Assembly: GCA_964016885.1 (NCBI GenBank)
Contig: OZ024742.1
Coordinates: forward strand, 364,560,001 to 364,624,000
Origin: Eledone cirrhosa
Lineage: Eukaryota
Direction of reading: 5' to 3'
Length of the DNA: 64,000 nt
Shown here: positions 57,101-64,000 of the stretch, piece after piece
Layout of the letters: every line of letters starts with the position of its first letter
Numbering within the stretch: position 1 is the stretch's first letter
The notes under the pieces: model-generated
What the model was told of the DNA's origin: nothing
What the model saw: only the letters and a program-made list of their open reading frames with translations
The model's database searches: none
Position numbers and translations under genes: made by a program

Positions 57101-60100
57101 GTTTGTTGTTGTAGACTGTATATGGTTTGATAATAGAGAATACCGGTGTTTGTAGTTGTAGACTGTATATGGTTTGATAATAGAGAATACCGGTGTTTGT
57201 TGTTGTAGAGTGTATATGGTTTGGTAATAGAGAATACCGGTGTTTGTTGTTGTAGACTGTATATGGTTTGGTAATAGAGAATACCGGTGTTTGTTGTTGT
57301 AGACTGTATATGGTTTGGTAATAGAGAATACCGGTGTTTGTTCTTGTAGACTGTATATGGTTTGGTAATAGAGAAAACCAGTGTTTGTTGTTGTAGACTG
57401 TATATGGTTTGATAATAGAGAATACCGGTGTTTGTTGTTGTAGACTGTATATGGTTTGGTAATAGAGAATACTGGCGTTTGTTGTTGTAGACTGTATATG
57501 GTTTGGTAATATAGAATACCGGTGTTTGTTGTAGTAGACTGTATATGGTTTGATAATAGAGAATACCGGTGTTTGTTGTTGTAGAGTGTATATGGGTTGA
57601 TAATAGAGAATACCGGTGTTTGTTGTTGTAGACTGTATATGGTTTGATAATAGAGAATACCGGTGTTTGTTGTTGTAGAGTGTATATGGTTTGATAATAG
57701 AGAATACCGGTGTTTGTTGTTGTAGACTGTATATGGTTTGATAATAGAGAATACCGGTGTTTGTTGTTGTAGAGTGTATATTGTTTGGTAATAGAGAATA
57801 CCGGTGTTTGTTGTTGTAGACTGTATATGGTTTGATAATAGAGAACACCGGTGTTTGTTGTTGTAGACTATATATGGTTTGGTAATACAGAACACCGGTG
57901 TTTGTTGTTGTAGACTGTATATGGTTTGATAATATAGAATACCGGTGTTTGTTGTTGTAGACTGTATATGGTTTGATAATAGAGAATACCGGTGTTTGTT
58001 GTTGTAGACTGTATATGGTTTGATAATAGAGAATACCGGTGTTTGTTGTTGTAGACTGTATATGGTTTGGTAATAGAGAATACCGGTGTTTGTTGTTGTA
58101 GACTGTATATGGTTTGATAATAGAGAATACCGGTGTTTGTTGTTGTAGACTGTATATGGTTTGATAATAGAGAATACCGGTGTTTGTTGTTGTAGAGTGT
58201 ATATGGTTTGGTAATAGAGAATACCGGTGTTTGTTGTTGTAGAGTGTATATGGTTTGATAATAGAGAATACCGGTGTTTGTTGTTGTATAGTGTATATGG
58301 TTTGGTATTAGAGAATACCGGTGTTTGTTGTTGTAGACTGTATATGGTTTGATAATAGAAAATATCGGTGTTTGTTGTTGTAGAGTGTATATGGTTTGAT
58401 AATAGAAAATACCGGTGTTTGTTGTTGTAGACAGTATATGGTTTGATAATAGAGAATACCGGTGTTTGTTGTTGTAGAGTGTATATGGTTTGATAATAGA
58501 AAATACCGGTGTTTGTTGTTGTAGACAGTATATGGTTTGATAATAGAGAATACCGGTGTTTGTTGTTGTAGAGTGTATATGGTTTGATAATAGAGAATAC
58601 CGGTGTTTGTTGTTGTAGACTGTATATGGTTTGATAATAGAGAATACCGGTGATTGTTGTTGTAGACTGTATATGGTTTGATAATAGAGAATACCGGTGA
58701 TTGTTGTTGTAGACTATATATGGTTTGATAATAGAGAATACCGGTGTTTGTTGTTGTAGACTGTATATGGTTTGATAATAGAGAATACCGGTGTTTGTTG
58801 TTGTAGACTGTATATGGTTTGATAATAGAGAATACCGGTGTTTGTTGTTGTAGACTGTATATGGTTTGATAATAGAGAATACCGGTGTTTGTTGTTGTAG
58901 ACTGTATATGGTTTGATAATAGAGAATACCGGTGTTTGTTGTTGTAGACTGTATATGGTTTGGTAATAAAGAATACAGTTGTTTGTTGTTGTAGACTGTA
59001 TATGGTTTGGTAATAGAGAATACCGGTGTTTGTTGTTGTAGACTGTATATGGTTTGATAATAGAGAATACGGGTGTTTGTTGTTGTAGACTGTATATGGT
59101 TTGATAATAGAGAATACCGGTGTTTGTTGTTGTAGATTGTATATGGTTTGATAATAGAGAATACCGGTGTTTGTTGTTGTAGAGTGTATATGGTTTGGTA
59201 ATAGAGAATACCGGTGTTTGTTGTTGTAGAGTGTATATGGTTTGATAATAGAGAATACCGGTGTTTGTTGTTGTAGACTGTATATGGTTTGGTAATAAAG
59301 AATACAGTTGTTTGTTGTTGTAGACTGTATATGGTTTGGTAATAGACAATACCGGTGTTTGTTGTTGTAGACTTATATGGTTTGATAATAGAGAATACCG
59401 GTGTTTGTTGTAGTAGACTGTATGTGGTTTGGTAATAGAGAATACCCGTGTTTGTTGTTGTAGACTGTATATGGTTTGATAATAGAGAATCCCGGTGTTT
59501 GTTGTTGTAGACTGTATATGGTTTGGTAATAAAGAATACAGTTGTTTGTTGTTGTAGACTGTATATGGTTTGGTAATAGAGAATACCGGTGTTTGTTGTT
59601 GTAGACTGTATATGGTTTGATAATAGAGAATACCGGTGTTTGTTGTTGTAGACTGTATATGGTTTGGTAATAAAGAATACAGTTGTTTGTTGTTGTAGAC
59701 TGTATATGGTTTGGTAATAGAGAATACCGGTGTTTGTTGTTGTAGACTGTATATGGTTTGATAATAGAGAATACCGGTGTGTGTTGTTGTAGACTGTATA
59801 TGGTTTGGTAATAAAGAATACAGTTGTTTGTTGTTGTAGACTGTATATGGTTTGGTAATAGAGAATACCGGTGTTTGTTGTTGTAGACTGTATATGGTTT
59901 GATAATAGAGAATAGCGGTGTTTGTTGTTGTAGACTGTATATGGTTTGGTAATAGAGAATACCGGTGTTTGTTGTTGTAGACTGTATATGGTTTGGTAAT
60001 ATAGAATACCGATGTTTGTTGTTGTAGACTGTATATGGTTTGGTAATAGAGAAAACCAGTGTTTGTTGTTGTAGACTGTATATGGTTTGATAATAGAGAA

Positions 60101-63100
60101 TACCGGTGTTTGTTGTTGTAGACTGTATATGGTTTGATAATAGAGAATACCGGTGTTTGTTGTTGTAGACTGTATATGGTTTGGTAATAGAGAATACCGG
60201 TGTTTGTTGTTGTAGACTGTATATGGTTTGATAATAGAGAATACCGGTGTTTGTTGTAGTAGACTGTATATGGTTTGGTAATAGAGAATACCGGTGTTTG
60301 TTGTTGTAGACTGTATATGGTTTGATAATAGAGAATACCGGTGTTTGTTGTTGTAGACTGTATATGGTTTGGTAATAGAGAATGCCGGTGTTTGTTGTTG
60401 TAGACTGTATATGGTTTGGTAATAGAGAATACCGGTGTTTGTTGTTGTAGACTGTATATGGTTTGGTAATAGAGAATACCGGTGTTTGTTGTTGTAGACT
60501 GTATATGGTTTGATAATAGAGAATACCGGTGTTTGTTGTTGTAGACTGTATATGGTTTGATAATAGAGAATACCGGTGTTTGTTATTGTAGAGTGTATAT
60601 GGTTTGGTAATAGATAATACAGGTGTTTGTTGTTCTAGACTGTATATGGTTTGGTAATAGAGAATACCGGTGTTTGTTGTTGTAGACTGTATATGGTTCG
60701 GTAATAGAGAATACCGGTGTTTGTTGTTGTAGACTGTATATGGTTTGGTAATAGAGAAAACCAGTGTTTGTTGTTGTAGACTGTATATGGTTTGATAATA
60801 GAGAATACCGGTGTTTGTTGTTGTAGACTGTATATGGTTTGGTAATAGAGAATACTGGTGTTTGTTGTTGTAGACTGTATATGGTTTGGTAATAGAGAAT
60901 ACCGGTGTTTGTTGTAGTAGACTGTATATGGTTTGATAATAGAGAATACCGGTGTTTGTTGTTGTAGAGTGTATATGGGTTGATAATAGAGAATACCGGT
61001 GTTTGTTGTTGTAGAGTGTATATGGTTTGATAATAGAGAATACCGGTGTTTGTTGTTGTAGAGTGTATATGGTTTGGTAATAGAGAATACCGGTGTTTGT
61101 TGTTGTAGACTGTATATAGTTTGATAATAGAGAATACCGGTGTTTGTTGTAGTAGACTGTATATGGTTTGATAATAGAGAATACCGGTGTTTGTTGTTGT
61201 AGAGTGTATATGGTTTGGTAATAGAGAATACCGGTGTTTGTTGTTGTAGACTGTATATGGTTTGATAATAGAGAATACCGGTGTTTGTTGTAGTAGACTG
61301 TATATGGTTTGATAATAGAGAATACCGGTGTTTGTTGTTGTAGAGTGTATATGGTTTGGTAATAGAGAATACCGGTGTTTGTTGTTGTAGACTGTATATG
61401 GTTTGGTAATAGAGAACACCGGTGTTTGTTGTTGTAGACTGTATATGGTTTGGTAATAGAGAATACCGGTGTTTGTTGTTGTAGACTGTATATGGTTTGG
61501 TAATAGAGAATACCGGTGTTTGTTGTTGTAGACTGTATATGGTTTGGTAATAGAGAATACCGGTGTTTGTTGTTGTAGACTGTATATGGTTTGATAATAG
61601 AGAATACCGGTGTTTGTTGTTGTAGAGTGTATATGGTTTGGTAATAGAGAATACCGGTGTTTGTTGTTGTAGACTGTATATGGTTTGGTAATAGAGAATA
61701 CCGGTGTTTGTTGTTGTAGACTGTATATGGTTTGGTAATAGAGAATACCGGTGTTTGTTGTTGTAGACTGTATATGGTTTGGTAATAGAGAAAACCAGTG
61801 TTTGTTGTTTTAGACTGTATATGGTTTGATAATAGAGAATACCGGTGTTTGTTGTTGTAGACTGTATATGGTTTGGTAATAGAGAATACTGGTGTTTGTT
61901 GTTGTAGACTGTATATGGTTTGGTAATAGATAATACCGGTGTTTGTTGTAGTAGACTGTATATGGTTTGATAATAGAGAATACCGGTGTTTGTTGTTGTA
62001 GAGTGTATATGGGTTGATAATAGAGAATACCGGTGTTTGTTGTTGTAGACTGTATATGGTTTGATAATAGAGAATACCGGTGTTTGTTGTTGTAGAGTGT
62101 ATATGGTTTGATAATAGAGAATACCGGTGTTTGTTGTTTTAGACTGTATATGGTTTGATAATAGAGAATACCGGTGTTTGTTGTTGTAGAGTGTATATTG
62201 TTTGGTAATAGAGAATACCGGTGTTTGTTGTTGTAGACTGTATATGGTTTGATAATAGAGAACACCGGTGTTTGTTGTTGTAGACTATATATGGTTTGGT
62301 AATACAGAACACCGGTGTTTGTTGTTGTAGACTGTATATGGTTTGATAATATAGAATACCGGTGTTTGTTGTTGTAGACTGTATATGGTTTGATAATAGA
62401 GAATACCGGTGTTTGTTGTTGTAGACTGTATATGGTTTGATAATAGAGAATACCGGTGTTTGTTGTTGTAGACTGTATATGGTTTGGTAATAGAGAATAC
62501 CGGTGTTTGTTGTTGTAGACTGTATATGGTTTGATAATAGAGAATACCGGTGTTTGTTGTTGTAGACTGTATATGGTTTGATAATAGAGAATACCGGTGT
62601 TTGTTGTTGTAGACTGTATATAGTTTGATAATAGAGAATACCGGTGTTTGTTGTAGTAGACTGTATATGGTTTGATAATAGAGAATACCGGTGTTTGTTG
62701 TTGTAGAGTGTATATGGTTTGGTAATAGAGAATACCGGTGTTTGTTGTTGTAGACTGTATATGGTTTGATAATAGAGAATACCGGTGTTTGTTGTAGTAG
62801 ACTGTATATGGTTTGATAATAGAGAATACCGGTGTTTGTTGTTGTAGAGTGTATATGGTTTGGTAATAGAGAATACCGGTGTTTGTTGTTGTAGACTGTA
62901 TATGGTTTGGTAATAGAGAACACCGGTGTTTGTTGTTGTAGACTGTATATGGTTTGGTAATAGAGAATACCGGTGTTTGTTGTTGTAGACTGTATATGGT
63001 TTGGTAATAGAGAATACCGGTGTTTGTTGTTGTAGACTGTATATGGTTTGGTAATAGAGAATACCGGTGTTTGTTGTTGTAGACTGTATATGGTTTGATA

Positions 63101-64000
63101 ATAGAGAATACCGGTGTTTGTTGTTGTAGAGTGTATATGGTTTGGTAATAGAGAATACCGGTGTTTGTTGTTGTAGACTGTATATGGTTTGGTAATAGAG
63201 AATACCGGTGTTTGTTGTTGTAGACTGTATATGGTTTGGTAATAGAGAATACCGGTGTTTGTTGTTGTAGACTGTATATGGTTTGGTAATAGAGAAAACC
63301 AGTGTTTGTTGTTGTAGACTGTATATGGTTTGATAATAGAGAATACCGGTGTTTGTTGTTGTAGACTGTATATGGTTTGGTAATAGAGAATACTGGTGTT
63401 TGTTGTTGTAGACTGTATATGGTTTGGTAATAGAGAATACCGGTGTTTGTTGTAGTAGACTGTATATGGTTTGATAATAGAGAATACCGGTGTTTGTTGT
63501 TGTAGAGTGTATATGGGTTGATAATAGAGAATACCGGTGTTTGTTGTTGTAGACTGTATATGGTTTGATAATAGAGAATACCGGTGTTTGTTGTTGTAGA
63601 GTGTATATGGTTTGATAATAGAGAATACCGGTGTTTGTTGTTTTAGACTGTATATGGTTTGATAATAGAGAATACCGGTGTTTGTTGTTGTAGAGTGTAT
63701 ATTGTTTGGTAATAGAGAATACCGGTGTTTGTTGTTGTAGACTGTATATGGTTTGATAATAGAGAACACCGGTGTTTGTTGTTGTAGACTATATATGGTT
63801 TGGTAATACAGAACACCGGTGTTTGTTGTTGTAGACTGTATATGGTTTGATAATATAGAATACCGGTGTTTGTTGTTGTAGACTGTATATGGTTTGATAA
63901 TAGAGAATACCGGTGTTTGTTGTTGTAGACTGTATATGGTTTGATAATAGAGAATACCGGTGTTTGTTGTTGTAGACTGTATATGGTTTGGTAATAGAGA
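48155..64000. repeat. 47-bp satellite, more than 330 copies, running off the window end
   Basis: Unit gataatagagaataccggtgtttgttgttgtagactgtatatggttt; period 47 bp (48158 to 48205). The 47-aa ORF periodicity equals 3 units. Confidence 0.98.

Noticed and set aside
48147-63769. 47-aa periodic ORFs on the minus strand
   Set aside because: Three 47-nt monomers read through all frames; they are broken by random stops and indels and have no domain similarity.

Overview
Eukaryotic, AT-rich and extremely repeat-rich DNA. The SINE and microsatellite content suggests a cephalopod (octopus-like) genome, which is an inference. The only host gene I can support is a minus-strand nicotinic acetylcholine receptor alpha subunit (alpha9/alpha10-like Cys-loop channel). 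Four GT-AG exons (47476-47310, 24750-24706, 19834-19725, 7392-6857) splice in frame from the N-terminal helix to the start of TM3; the TM3/TM4 exons were not found and probably lie left of the window. The introns hold satellites (51, 24, 37, 36, 9, 33, 39 and 47 bp units), about 10 copies of a tRNA-type SINE, two tandem non-autonomous Helitron-like elements, two mariner-type MITEs, RTE-LINE debris, a frameshifted Penelope-like element (RT + GIY-YIG) and several minimal hammerhead-ribozyme motifs. The most striking observation is that the 6.7-kb 36-bp satellite is a ~180-fold tandem amplification of the receptor's own exon end and 5' splice site (GTTCTCTACAACAG|GTAAC), starting inside the 110-nt exon. 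Nearly all long ORFs in the track are repeat artefacts.
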